Shown here in pieces: positions 29,063-37,656 of a stretch of DNA of 64,000 nucleotides. Numbering within the stretch: position 1 is the stretch's first letter; the number at the start of each line of letters is the position of its first letter. The DNA is from a virus (lineage: Duplodnaviria > Heunggongvirae > Uroviricota > Caudoviricetes). The notes under the pieces are model-generated. The model did not search any database, was not told the DNA's origin, and saw nothing but the letters and a program-made list of their open reading frames with translations. Both the position numbers and the translations under genes were made by a program. The stretch is from IMG/VR virus record IMGVR_UViG_3300032007_000002; one strand, written 5' to 3'.

Positions 29063-29493
29063 AACTCCCTCACGGGGACGGCGCCCTTCCACCCGTCCGC
29101 CTTCAGCTTGCCGAGGGTGGCACAGAGGCCCTTCTCCCCCAGGTCGTCCACGTCGTTACTATTTGTCCCTATCCCCGGGACGAGGCTGACCGGCATGCGG
29201 AGACCGTGCGCGTATGTGCTCACCTTCCCAGACCCGCAGTCGAGCCGGACGGTGAAGCTGTGGGGGAACAGGTTGCCGTGGATGACTGTCGCGTGGCGGT
29301 ATTCCCTGCCGTCCTTGACGACGCTGGCTATCTGTATATCCGGGTAGTAGGCCCGGACGCATGTGGCAAACTGCTCTCCGTTCATATATTCACCTCCGTT
29401 CATATATCCATCCTTCTTCACCGCGGGATGGTTGCCGAGTCTCTCCCTCACCGCCCCTACCATGCGCTTGCTGTATTCCATCAGGTCCTTCAT
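29059..29493 (-). CDS. hypothetical protein
   Basis: coupled ORF with short internal YMNG repeat. Confidence 0.6.
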   Translation of the reverse strand: MKDLMEYSKRMVGAVRERLGNHPAVKKDGYMNGGEYMNGEQFATCVRAYYPDIQIASVVKDGREYRHATVIHGNLFPHSFTVRLDCGSGKVSTYAHGLRMPVSLVPGIGTNSNDVDDLGEKGLCATLGKLKADGWKGAVPVREL

Positions 29494-29885
29494 CCCTTCG
29501 CCTCCTCGTCGGAAAACCACGTGAAGCCCTCCCCGCGGAGGAACTGCTTCAAGTTCCATATAGTAGCCGAACACTTCCCCAGGCTGTCACGGGGGACCTG
29601 CCCCATGTACCTGTTGTACAGGGCCACCGCCTCCGAACCGCACGTATAGGTCCCGTCCTTCACCGCGACGATCCCGCACTCCGTATTCTCCAGCTTCACC
29701 GCCGTCCACGGCTTCCTGACCCCCATGTCCGAACCGGCGGACGATACCACGGAGAGCATGGCAGTCCCCCATCCACAGAAGTCAGTGCCCGCGTTCATCT
29801 CGGGGTCGAGACCCACGTCTATCCCGCTGAGGTAGGCGGTACCCTCCCGGGAGAAACGGTCGTACCAGTATGCTTGTGTGGCCAT
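29490..29885 (-). CDS. hypothetical protein
   Basis: AGGAG upstream, promoter motif at 29973. Confidence 0.6.
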   Translation of the reverse strand: MATQAYWYDRFSREGTAYLSGIDVGLDPEMNAGTDFCGWGTAMLSVVSSAGSDMGVRKPWTAVKLENTECGIVAVKDGTYTCGSEAVALYNRYMGQVPRDSLGKCSATIWNLKQFLRGEGFTWFSDEEAKG

Positions 29886-29899
29886 ATAGTATGCAGCTC

Positions 29900-30815
29900 C
29901 TGTTGCGTAGTGTAAGCGGAATTTCAAAAAATTTCCCACGGCACCGGCAGGACGCCGACACCGGGCAGCACGAAATATAGCAAATATCTCCCCCGCAGGG
30001 ACGGACAGCTTGCCGGGTACTTGCAGGGTGCTTGTCGGGTGGCTGCCGGGTGCGCGGGGAGGAAAATTGAAAAATTTCCGGCCGCCCGGCCCGCCAGGGC
30101 CGCGGCGGCCACCAAGTTCGGTCGCTGGCTCGGGACTCGGAAGATCGATCCCTGGCTCGGGACTCGCCTTGGACCCCTCCAGATGGCGATTTTGAAGCGT
30201 AAAGGGCATGTTTGCCGGAGGCAAGGGGCGTTTTGAAGTCGGAAAAAGGCCGTTCTAGGATGGAAATAAAAACGGAAAGTTAAATGTGCGCGTGTCCGTA
30301 TGAGCACTTGTGCACTTCTGGACCACTGCACCCCCGTGCACCGGCACCCCGCTCCGCGGGACTGGCACTGCACAACTGGGCACCCTCCGGGCCACGACTT
30401 CGCCAGCCCTCCGGGGGACGCCTTCGGGAGGTCTTCCCACGGTGTTGATAGGGCGTTGACAGTGTTGATACGGCTTCGGGGGTGTTGATAAGTCGTCGAG
30501 AAGGCGTTGAGAGGTCCGTGAGACGGATGTGAGACGGCCGTTGTACGGAGTTGACAGAGCAGTCTCGCGGAGCGCCGGTTGAGAAGGGTGTCCCGGAGGG
30601 GTGGGGCGGAGCCCTATGTGACGTGGGGAGGGTGTGGGGAGGTTTCCCGTGATTCCGGCGGAGCCGGGAAGACGTGGGAAGGGGTCCCCCATGTGACGGG
30701 GGATCGGTCGGGAGGGAGTTCCCGTGATTCCGACGGGGTTGTTGGGGTCGGATTTGGGGGAGGTTTACATGTGACGGGGGGAGGGTCGGGAAGGAGTTCC
30801 CGTGATTCCCCTGCC
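29900..30815. other. non-coding repeat-rich region (candidate origin or genome-end junction)
   Basis: no credible ORF; 15-bp direct repeat, GCAC and GTTGA arrays, three empty copies of the bipartite element; strand bias flips. Confidence 0.55.
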
Positions 30816-30816
30816 C

Positions 30817-31041
30817 CTACTTCTTCTTGGACGGGGGGAGTTTGCAGAGGATGTCCATGACACCCTTGTAAGTCCGGTCGAGCTCCCTGGTCTTGAGGTC
30901 CAGGTTACGGCGGAGCCGGACGATGTATTCGGCGAGGTCCCTGGGTGTCTGTGTCTCGAGCTGGGCGAGGGACATGGAGTCCATGTCGGGGCCGGTGAAC
31001 TTCTGGGCGAGCCAGTTTCCTAGTTTCGTGAATCCTTCCAT
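30817..31041 (-). CDS. hypothetical protein
   Basis: 74 aa, AAGGA SD. Confidence 0.6.
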   Translation of the reverse strand: MEGFTKLGNWLAQKFTGPDMDSMSLAQLETQTPRDLAEYIVRLRRNLDLKTRELDRTYKGVMDILCKLPPSKKK

Positions 31042-31102
31042 AGGGTTCCTTTCATTTGAAAAGGGGCCCGGCGATGCCGGGCCCCGATAATGTAGAAACA
31101 GT

Positions 31103-31531
31103 TTAGGGATCTGTCAACAGCGGGGGTTCCTTGTGGAACTGCTTTATCGTGATCGGGGAGAAGCGTTCCCCCAGTCTGAGGGCTGCGCACTCCGTACAGA
31201 AGGGGAGGCGCCATCCGCCCCTGGTTTCGAGTTCGGGGGTCTTTCCGCATGAGCAGCAGTGGTCCCAGGAGTCCCTCCACGCTGCGAGGGCGAGTTCGGA
31301 GATTTCCGGTCGGAGGTGATCGGGGACGTTTCGGAGGTCGGGAACGAGAAGAAGCCGTCCGAGGTATTCACGGACGGCTGCGATCTTGGTTTCCGGGGAG
31401 ATTTCCGCTGCCCTGGCGCAGAAGGAGTCGAACAGTTCCTTCCAGCCGTCGGGGACGTCGTCCCGGAACGATTTCCCGTCGGGGCGGGCGGCTATCTCGG
31501 GATACGGAGTTTTGTTCCGCATTTGGGGCAC
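31103..31531 (-). CDS. hypothetical phage protein with C-terminal Zn finger
   Basis: VPDGW...VREYLGRL...CCSCG...GW...CTEC. Confidence 0.65.
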   Translation of the reverse strand: MPQMRNKTPYPEIAARPDGKSFRDDVPDGWKELFDSFCARAAEISPETKIAAVREYLGRLLLVPDLRNVPDHLRPEISELALAAWRDSWDHCCSCGKTPELETRGGWRLPFCTECAALRLGERFSPITIKQFHKEPPLLTDP

Positions 31532-31701
31532 CGGAGGATGGTTTCCTTCAGTCGGGCGATTTCCTCGTCCTTGGCCTTCAGCTGTTCCTTGAGGGCCTGG
31601 ACCTGCTGCTCTTTGGCGATGTCGGCGATGGTCGGCTTCTTGGGGCCGCCGAAGATGCCGTTGCCGCCGAAGATGTCGTTGAAGTTGAACTGGTCTGGCA
31701 T
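31492..31701 (-). CDS. small coiled-coil/Zn-ribbon protein
   Basis: MPDQF start, CPKCG. Confidence 0.55.
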   Translation of the reverse strand: MPDQFNFNDIFGGNGIFGGPKKPTIADIAKEQQVQALKEQLKAKDEEIARLKETILRCPKCGTKLRIPR

Positions 31702-31702
31702 T

Positions 31703-32164
31703 TTACTTCTTCCTGATGATTGCGACGCCGAGGATGGGGCCGTACTTTTCGAAGACGCCGGGAAACTGGGCGCGGAGGCGGTCGTATTCGGACGGCTGCT
31801 GCTGACGGGATTTCCAGCTGCGGATGAACTCTTCGATGGCGGGGATGAAGTCGCCGCAGTCGATGGCGGCCTTGGCACGTTCGGTGTTGAGGTCGAGGCC
31901 GAACATGCGCTTGAAGTTGCCTGCGAAGTCGCGGGAGAGTTCTTCTTCGGCCTTCTTGGGATCGGGCTGGGCCTGTTCGGGCTGTGCCTGTTCCTTGTGG
32001 TCGAGGTTCATCTGGTGGACCGCGGTGCGGAGGGTGTTGACTTCGGTTTCGAGGGCTTCGATCTGTTTAGCCTGCGCTGCGTTGGCGAGCTTGAGCGTCT
32101 CGTTCTCGCGGACGAGGGCGTCAATCTTGTCGAGCATCTGTTTCGTGATTTCGTTGTTTTCCAT
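31703..32164 (-). CDS. coiled-coil hypothetical protein
   Basis: 153 aa, GAGGTG SD. Confidence 0.65.
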   Translation of the reverse strand: MENNEITKQMLDKIDALVRENETLKLANAAQAKQIEALETEVNTLRTAVHQMNLDHKEQAQPEQAQPDPKKAEEELSRDFAGNFKRMFGLDLNTERAKAAIDCGDFIPAIEEFIRSWKSRQQQPSEYDRLRAQFPGVFEKYGPILGVAIIRKK

Positions 32165-32397
32165 AGGTACACCTCAAAAGTTAAAAATTGTTTACGACAT
32201 ACCATGCGGTCTTGTAGCAGACGTAGATCCAGTTGAGCGCCGTGTGGACGATCGCCCAGGGCCACGAGTGGTTGAACACCCACGACATCGAGAAGGCTGC
32301 GAGGGCGCCTACCATCCCGGTGAAGAGGCATCCGCATGGGAACCGGATTGTAAATCCGGGTTTACGTTCCTGCTGTGAAATATAGCAATTTCGGGGG

Positions 32398-32598
32398 TCA
32401 GTCGGCTGGGTAGCCGTGTTCCCGGCAGATTCTCTGGACTGCATCCTTGATCTCCTGCGCCGTAGCGACGTCCATGTTGTGGATAGTGTTTAGGAAGCCG
32501 ATCCCGATGTGGTCGACGGTGGTGAGTTCCACGCAGTCGTCACCGTCGCCGTATTTTTCGTTAGCGCGTTCGCGGAGTTCGCTTGCTGTATCGCACAT
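32398..32598 (-). CDS. hypothetical protein
   Basis: 66 aa, AGGAGA SD. Confidence 0.55.
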   Translation of the reverse strand: MCDTASELRERANEKYGDGDDCVELTTVDHIGIGFLNTIHNMDVATAQEIKDAVQRICREHGYPAD

Positions 32599-32640
32599 TG
32601 TAAAATTCTCCTGGTTTTTTTGGAAAAATTGAAAAAAAAT

Positions 32641-32838
32641 CTAGCGCCGGATTTCGGGTGGCGCCTTAAAACTAGGTTTCTCGACCGTCACGCCGTCCTT
32701 CGGCGCCTTGAAATCTAGCAAAATTTCGTGGGAGGGCGCCTCGATGGCGGATTCCGCCACCATGGCGACGCCGAGGGTGAACAGGAAGATCAGCGCCGCT
32801 GCCATGGCGATGATGCTGATGGCTCTGGCTCCGCTCAT
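32641..32838 (-). CDS. small membrane protein
   Basis: N-terminal TM helix, ATGA-coupled. Confidence 0.5.
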   Translation of the reverse strand: MSGARAISIIAMAAALIFLFTLGVAMVAESAIEAPSHEILLDFKAPKDGVTVEKPSFKAPPEIRR

Positions 32839-33359
32839 TTTCCGTTCACCAGCTTGTAGGCGATGTCGTTCGCCACCCTCGTGAGGATGTTGCCGAGTTC
32901 GTTCTTGCCCTTCCACTTCGCCGGGTCGCCGATGTCGGGGTCGTCGAGGTTCATTCCGATTCCCCAGTAGGTGTCGGTCAGGGACGCTTCGACGAGGGTA
33001 ATCCCGTCGGAGACGAGCATGACCAGCTTGTTGGCGAGGAAGACGTTGCCTTCGTACTTTTCCCGGACGGCGAGGCGCATCGTGGGGCTCTTGACCTTGT
33101 CCCAGGACTTCGCGTCGAAGTTCCTCACCCGGTTGCCGAGGAGGAGGCACGTCTGTGGGTCCTTGGTATGGAGGATGAGGTCGGCCATTTCCATGTCGCG
33201 GAAGTACCGGGCCTTGTCCAGCTGGTATGCCTGCTCGGATGTGTAGCATACCACGTCTTCCGGGGACGGGCCGAACGGGGTGTGGTGGACGAACTCGGAC
33301 TGGTGGAAGTTGGCGACCCAGTCCTTGTAGAAGAAGGTGTACTTGCCGAGTGTTTTCAT
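32835..33359 (-). CDS. NADAR family protein (YbiA / T4 gp30.3-like)
   Basis: TSEQAYQxxKA, LGxxVRNFD..W, LVEAS..DxxWGIG, WKGKNELG. Confidence 0.9.
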   Translation of the reverse strand: MKTLGKYTFFYKDWVANFHQSEFVHHTPFGPSPEDVVCYTSEQAYQLDKARYFRDMEMADLILHTKDPQTCLLLGNRVRNFDAKSWDKVKSPTMRLAVREKYEGNVFLANKLVMLVSDGITLVEASLTDTYWGIGMNLDDPDIGDPAKWKGKNELGNILTRVANDIAYKLVNGK

Positions 33360-33850
33360 TTCTTGCATCCTTCCCTGATTTCTGTCCAGGGGAACTTGAG
33401 GCGGTAGTCTAGCTGCCGGAGGTAGTTGGGGAGCTGTCTGAGGGATTCCCCGGAGTGCTTGAGCGTCTGGTCGATGATGTGGCAGGGGGAGCCGTAGAAG
33501 TCCCTCATGTCGTGCCCGTCGTGGAAGTAGATGCCGCCGAGGACCTGGCCGCCGTAGACGAAGAGGACGTCCTTGCACTCGCGCATGTTGCCGAGGTCGA
33601 TGGCGGGTTCCCCGTTGCGCTTGCGCTCGTACTGGCAGTGGAGGTAGGAATACTTCCCTGCGGAGAGGACGGGCTCGGCCTGGGATAGGCGCCACGTGGT
33701 GACGGAGGGGCAGTTGCCCTGGGCGTCGGCCGTGATTCCGATGTCGGTCCCGGCGTAGAGGCAGGCGGGGCCGTCGGGTACCCCGGGGAGGGATCCGGCG
33801 GCGAAGGCGATGGCCGCGAGGGCGAGGGCTAGGCATGTGACAGTGCGCAT
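33356..33850 (-). CDS. secreted hypothetical protein
   Basis: signal peptide MRTVTCLALALAAIAFA. Confidence 0.65.
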   Translation of the reverse strand: MRTVTCLALALAAIAFAAGSLPGVPDGPACLYAGTDIGITADAQGNCPSVTTWRLSQAEPVLSAGKYSYLHCQYERKRNGEPAIDLGNMRECKDVLFVYGGQVLGGIYFHDGHDMRDFYGSPCHIIDQTLKHSGESLRQLPNYLRQLDYRLKFPWTEIREGCKK

Positions 33851-34098
33851 CTGTACTTGTTCCTTATGTTGGAGATTGTCTTTTCCGGGGTGGCGCCTAT
33901 GCAGTCCAGGTCGTCGGGGAGGATGTTGCGGTCGAGGAAGGAGACCATCTCCCTGGGGTTGGCGCACCGGATCTCCGGTTCGAGCGTGACGAGGCCCTGC
34001 TGTACGGCGCTGTTGAGAAGCTGTGAATATCTTGTGGAATCGTCGTGGTTCCATTTGTCCAGGGATGCCTGGACGAGGTCTGTGTAGGAAGTTGCCAT
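33829..34098 (-). CDS. hypothetical protein
   Basis: 89 aa; TTTTGTTATAT variant abuts the ATG. Confidence 0.55.
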   Translation of the reverse strand: MATSYTDLVQASLDKWNHDDSTRYSQLLNSAVQQGLVTLEPEIRCANPREMVSFLDRNILPDDLDCIGATPEKTISNIRNKYRCALSHA

Positions 34099-34173
34099 AT
34101 ATAACAAAATTTAAAAAATTGGCCGGACCGGCGGTGCCGGTCCGGTGCCGAGTTTGGAGCAAAATTGGGAAAA

Positions 34174-34914
34174 TTAAAGAATTTCTTCGGCGGTTTCCAT
34201 GAGGACGGTGCGGTTGCGCATCTTGGTGACCACCGTCTTGGTGACCCTGCGGATGTAGGCGGTGGAGTTCCCGGTGCGGGATGCGTAGTCCGCGGCGGAG
34301 TTCCAGTCCGGGGAGAGCATGGCGTCGAAGAGCTGGCGTTCCGCGTCGTTTTCGAGGGCTGCGTCTGCCTGTTCCTTGAGGATGCTGCGGACGCGGTGGA
34401 GGTCGATGTCGTCGGCGATGTCGGACGCGTCGTCGTGGTTGAGGAGGATGTCCATGACCGGGGCGTTCGGGCGCTTTTCCTGTTCGGATCCGGGTGCGGC
34501 GAAGGCGACGGCGGTGACGGTCTCCCCTGCGCGGAGGCGGTTTTCCGGCCAGTGCACGAGGTTGTCGGCGAAGATGGCCTTGTTCAGCGCGTTGAAGATG
34601 CGGGCGTTGAAGAAGGTGATGAAGCGGGTGCCCTCTTTGAGGTCGAAGTCCTGGATTGCTGCCGGGAGGTGGAGCATGACTTCGGAGACGAGTTCGCCGT
34701 AGTCGCCCTTGAAGCGGCGGTAGCGCGGGTTGCTCGTCGCCACGCGGACGATGGTCGGGTAGCAGAGGCCGGCGATGAGGCGGAGGGCCTCGGAGGAACC
34801 CTGGCGGGCGAGGAGGATGTACTGGACTTCGGTGTCGCGGTTGGGGATGGCGGCCTTCGCGGCCTTGTATTCGCGGTCCATGTCTGCGAAGAATTTTGTG
34901 CTGAACAGTGACAT
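34174..34914 (-). CDS. divergent sigma70-family RNA polymerase sigma factor-like protein
   Basis: region-2-like ARQGSSEA..L...ELVSEVMLHLPAAIQDFDLKEGTRFITF...RI; possible C-terminal HTH (AADYASRTGNSTAYIRRV). Confidence 0.7.
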   Translation of the reverse strand: MSLFSTKFFADMDREYKAAKAAIPNRDTEVQYILLARQGSSEALRLIAGLCYPTIVRVATSNPRYRRFKGDYGELVSEVMLHLPAAIQDFDLKEGTRFITFFNARIFNALNKAIFADNLVHWPENRLRAGETVTAVAFAAPGSEQEKRPNAPVMDILLNHDDASDIADDIDLHRVRSILKEQADAALENDAERQLFDAMLSPDWNSAADYASRTGNSTAYIRRVTKTVVTKMRNRTVLMETAEEIL

Positions 34915-34973
34915 AGTTTTTTGCTCCGTGGCTACGATGTTGTCTTGGTTCGTATGGAAAAATAAAAAATTTT

Positions 34974-36434
34974 TTATGCGATGAGTTTGAGCGCCCTCGC
35001 CGCGGCCATGATTTCGGCCTCGTTACGGGTGTCCGCGAGGAGTTTCCCCGCGAGGCCGAGGTTCACCATGGCGGGGGCGTCCTTCGCCCAGGACGGGATG
35101 CCGTTGATGGTCGGCGCGAACGGCTCGGCGAAGTTCACGTCGAGGAAGTTCCCCGCGTCCTCGTAGTCCATGCGGTCGGCCTTCGCGGCCAGGGCGAGGA
35201 TCGCTTCGAGTTCCCGGTCGGTGAGGAGGCACCCGTGGAGGCGGCGGAGGGACCCGTCGTTCCCCACGATCATGTCGCCGTAGCCGAGGAGCTTCTCCGC
35301 CCCGCCGTAGCCGAGGATGGTCATGGAGTCCGTGGCCGATGCGACCTTGAACGCGATGCGGGTGGGGATGTTGCACTTGAGGTCGCCCGTCACCACCTTG
35401 GTCGAGGGGCGCTGGGTGGCGAGGACGAGGTGGATGCCGACGGCGCGGGCCTTCTGCGCGATGCGCATGACGAACGCGGTCAGCTCGGCGGAGGCGGTCA
35501 TCATGAGGTCGGCGAACTCGTCAACCACCGCGACCACGTAGGGCATCTTCCTGCGCTGTCCTGCCGGAATTGTAAAAATTTTTTCACAGTTCTCGACGGC
35601 GGCGTTGAAGTCCTTGATGTTTCGGAAGCCGAGTTCCGCGAGGACGGAATAGCGGTATTCCATGAGGGAGACGAGCCACCCGATCGAGAGCACGGCCTCC
35701 ATGGGGTCCGTGATGGCCCTGCCGTTGATTACGTTGGGGAGGGCCTCGTAGGGTTTCAGTTCCACCTGCTTCGGGTCGATGAGGAGGAAGCGCACCATGT
35801 CCGTCGGCATGGAGAGATAGACCGAGGAAATGATGGAGTTGATGCAGACGGACTTGCCGGAGCCGGTCTGTCCCGCGACGAGCATGTGCGGCGCCTTGGC
35901 GAGGTCGATGCGGACGGGGTTGCCCACCGGGTCCACGCCGACGACCGCGGGGATTGCCATGTCTGCGCAGGGGGAGTTGAAGATGTTTCCGAACGGGACC
36001 ACCTTGCGGTCCTTGACCGGGATGCTGATGGAGCAGCAGCGGGTCTTTTGGAGTCCGGTGTAGGGGTCGGTGGACGGGAAGTAGTCGTTGCCGTTCACCT
36101 CGATGGATGCGCAGTCGAGGTCCCTGGCGAGGTCCTTGGCGATCGCTTCGAGGGCGGAAGCCTTCGTGCCCGGCTTCAAGTGCATGAAGATCTTGGAGAT
36201 GACCGGGCCGGACTGGGAACCCGCGACGGTGCAGGCCACTCCGTATGCGGAGCACACCTTTTCCACGCCACTCGCACGGGCATCCTGGCCCACGGTGAAC
36301 GCGGTGGACGTGAAGGCGGGGGCCTTCGGCTTGCGTTCGGCGCGGCCGCGGTAGGAGAAGTAGTCAGCGAACGGGGCCGCGACCGGGTTGGTTGCCACGC
36401 GGAGGAGTTCGACTGTCTTTTTGGAAATTGCCAT
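34974..36434 (-). CDS. FtsK/SpoIIIE-like DNA translocase motor (no TM or gamma domain recognised)
   Basis: alpha domain GPVIS..PGTK; PHMLVAGQTGSGKS, LIDPK, VVDEFADL, ARAVGIHLVLATQRP, AEKLLGYGDM. Confidence 0.9.
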   Translation of the reverse strand: MAISKKTVELLRVATNPVAAPFADYFSYRGRAERKPKAPAFTSTAFTVGQDARASGVEKVCSAYGVACTVAGSQSGPVISKIFMHLKPGTKASALEAIAKDLARDLDCASIEVNGNDYFPSTDPYTGLQKTRCCSISIPVKDRKVVPFGNIFNSPCADMAIPAVVGVDPVGNPVRIDLAKAPHMLVAGQTGSGKSVCINSIISSVYLSMPTDMVRFLLIDPKQVELKPYEALPNVINGRAITDPMEAVLSIGWLVSLMEYRYSVLAELGFRNIKDFNAAVENCEKIFTIPAGQRRKMPYVVAVVDEFADLMMTASAELTAFVMRIAQKARAVGIHLVLATQRPSTKVVTGDLKCNIPTRIAFKVASATDSMTILGYGGAEKLLGYGDMIVGNDGSLRRLHGCLLTDRELEAILALAAKADRMDYEDAGNFLDVNFAEPFAPTINGIPSWAKDAPAMVNLGLAGKLLADTRNEAEIMAAARALKLIA

Positions 36435-36464
36435 TGTTTCTTCCTTTTGGATGTTCGTGCTATG

Positions 36465-37106
36465 TTACTTGGAGGCGGCTTCCGCCATCTGTTCCCGTGA
36501 TTCCGCCTGGTTGATCTTCTCGAACACGGAGGCGTATTCACCGCGGGAGACCACGACAGAGTCGCGGAGGCGGAACCCTACCAGGCGCCCGGCCTGGTCC
36601 ATGTACTTCGCGACCTGGATGTCGGTGTCGGACGGGGTGGCGATGCCCTGCGGGTGGTTGTGGACGATGTAGAAGGACGAGGCGTCCACGGAGGAGAGGA
36701 AGCTCCATACTGTGTGGACGGGGACCCCGGTGCCGGAGGCGGTGCCGAGGGACACTTCGCGGATGGCGAGGATCCTGCGGGCGCCGTCGAGGGCGATGAT
36801 GTACTGCGACTCGATGTTGCGGTACTTGAGGCGGGCCATCACCGCGGCGACTTCCCTGGCTCCCGTGAGGCGGAGGCCGACCGGGTCCAGGAGGAAGGTG
36901 CCGGACATCCTGATGAGCGCACGCACGACTTCGAGCTCGGAACCGGAGAACACTTCGTCCGGCGGGACCGGGTTGCTGCCACGGAGGTAGCCGACTACGC
37001 GCGAGTAGAACGCGATGCCGTAGGGACGGCATAGCACTTCCACGGCGGAGAGGTCCGCGGCGTTGTCTTCTTCGAGGTTTCCCATGTACTGTGCGAGGTA
37101 GCTCAT
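36465..37106 (-). CDS. RadC-like JAB-domain protein
   Basis: VSLGT...HNHPQGIATPSDTD...RDSVVV. Confidence 0.85.
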   Translation of the reverse strand: MSYLAQYMGNLEEDNAADLSAVEVLCRPYGIAFYSRVVGYLRGSNPVPPDEVFSGSELEVVRALIRMSGTFLLDPVGLRLTGAREVAAVMARLKYRNIESQYIIALDGARRILAIREVSLGTASGTGVPVHTVWSFLSSVDASSFYIVHNHPQGIATPSDTDIQVAKYMDQAGRLVGFRLRDSVVVSRGEYASVFEKINQAESREQMAEAASK

Positions 37107-37215
37107 TTTCTTGTCTCCTTTGTAGCCCTGCTATGTGATCGCCGGGGAGGGCGCCCGGGTGTCTCCCGTGATTCCGTCGGGTATAAACTGTAGCCGTATC
37201 TCCCCAGGGAACGAC

Positions 37216-37656
37216 ATGGAAGAAGAACAGATCGACTTCGAGAACATCGAGGAACTCGACGGCCTCACGGAGGCTATATGCCGGGGGAGCGACGACCCTG
37301 CGCTGAACGACGCAGTCGGGCAGGCGATGGGTGCCATATTCCAGGAAGGGGTGATGGACAAGGCCGGGAAGGTCCTCGCTGGTGTCGCCCTGGCTGCCGG
37401 GCTTGCGCACGGGGCCATAAACCACAAGGCCGCACATAACGTGCAGCCCAGGAACACGAAGACGTGCTCTGCGGTAGTGAAGAACGCGTGGAACAATCCT
37501 AAATACCAGGAACTAGAGGAAAAATACTTGCAGGAGGAGTTGCAGCGGCAGCAGGACCTCGTAAAGCAGGGGAAGCGCAAGTCCGTTGACGAGCAGGGCG
37601 CCTACGAGAAGGCACAGAGCAGGGCGATGTACGAACTCGCCTGCGGGTCTAAATAA
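37216..37656 (+). CDS. hypothetical protein (only credible + strand gene in the right half)
   Basis: acidic N-terminus, hydrophobic segment, TATAAACT upstream. Confidence 0.65.
   Translation: MEEEQIDFENIEELDGLTEAICRGSDDPALNDAVGQAMGAIFQEGVMDKAGKVLAGVALAAGLAHGAINHKAAHNVQPRNTKTCSAVVKNAWNNPKYQELEEKYLQEELQRQQDLVKQGKRKSVDEQGAYEKAQSRAMYELACGSK

Noticed and set aside
30615-30809. CRISPR-like mini-array (41-bp units with 34-37-bp gaps)
   Set aside because: Units are conserved only at their ends and are copies of the dispersed element; no cas operon is visible, and the PD-(D/E)XK nuclease at 13 kb is a common phage gene
29886-30860. ORFs across the non-coding region
   Set aside because: Low-complexity P/G/R-rich translations with no RBS
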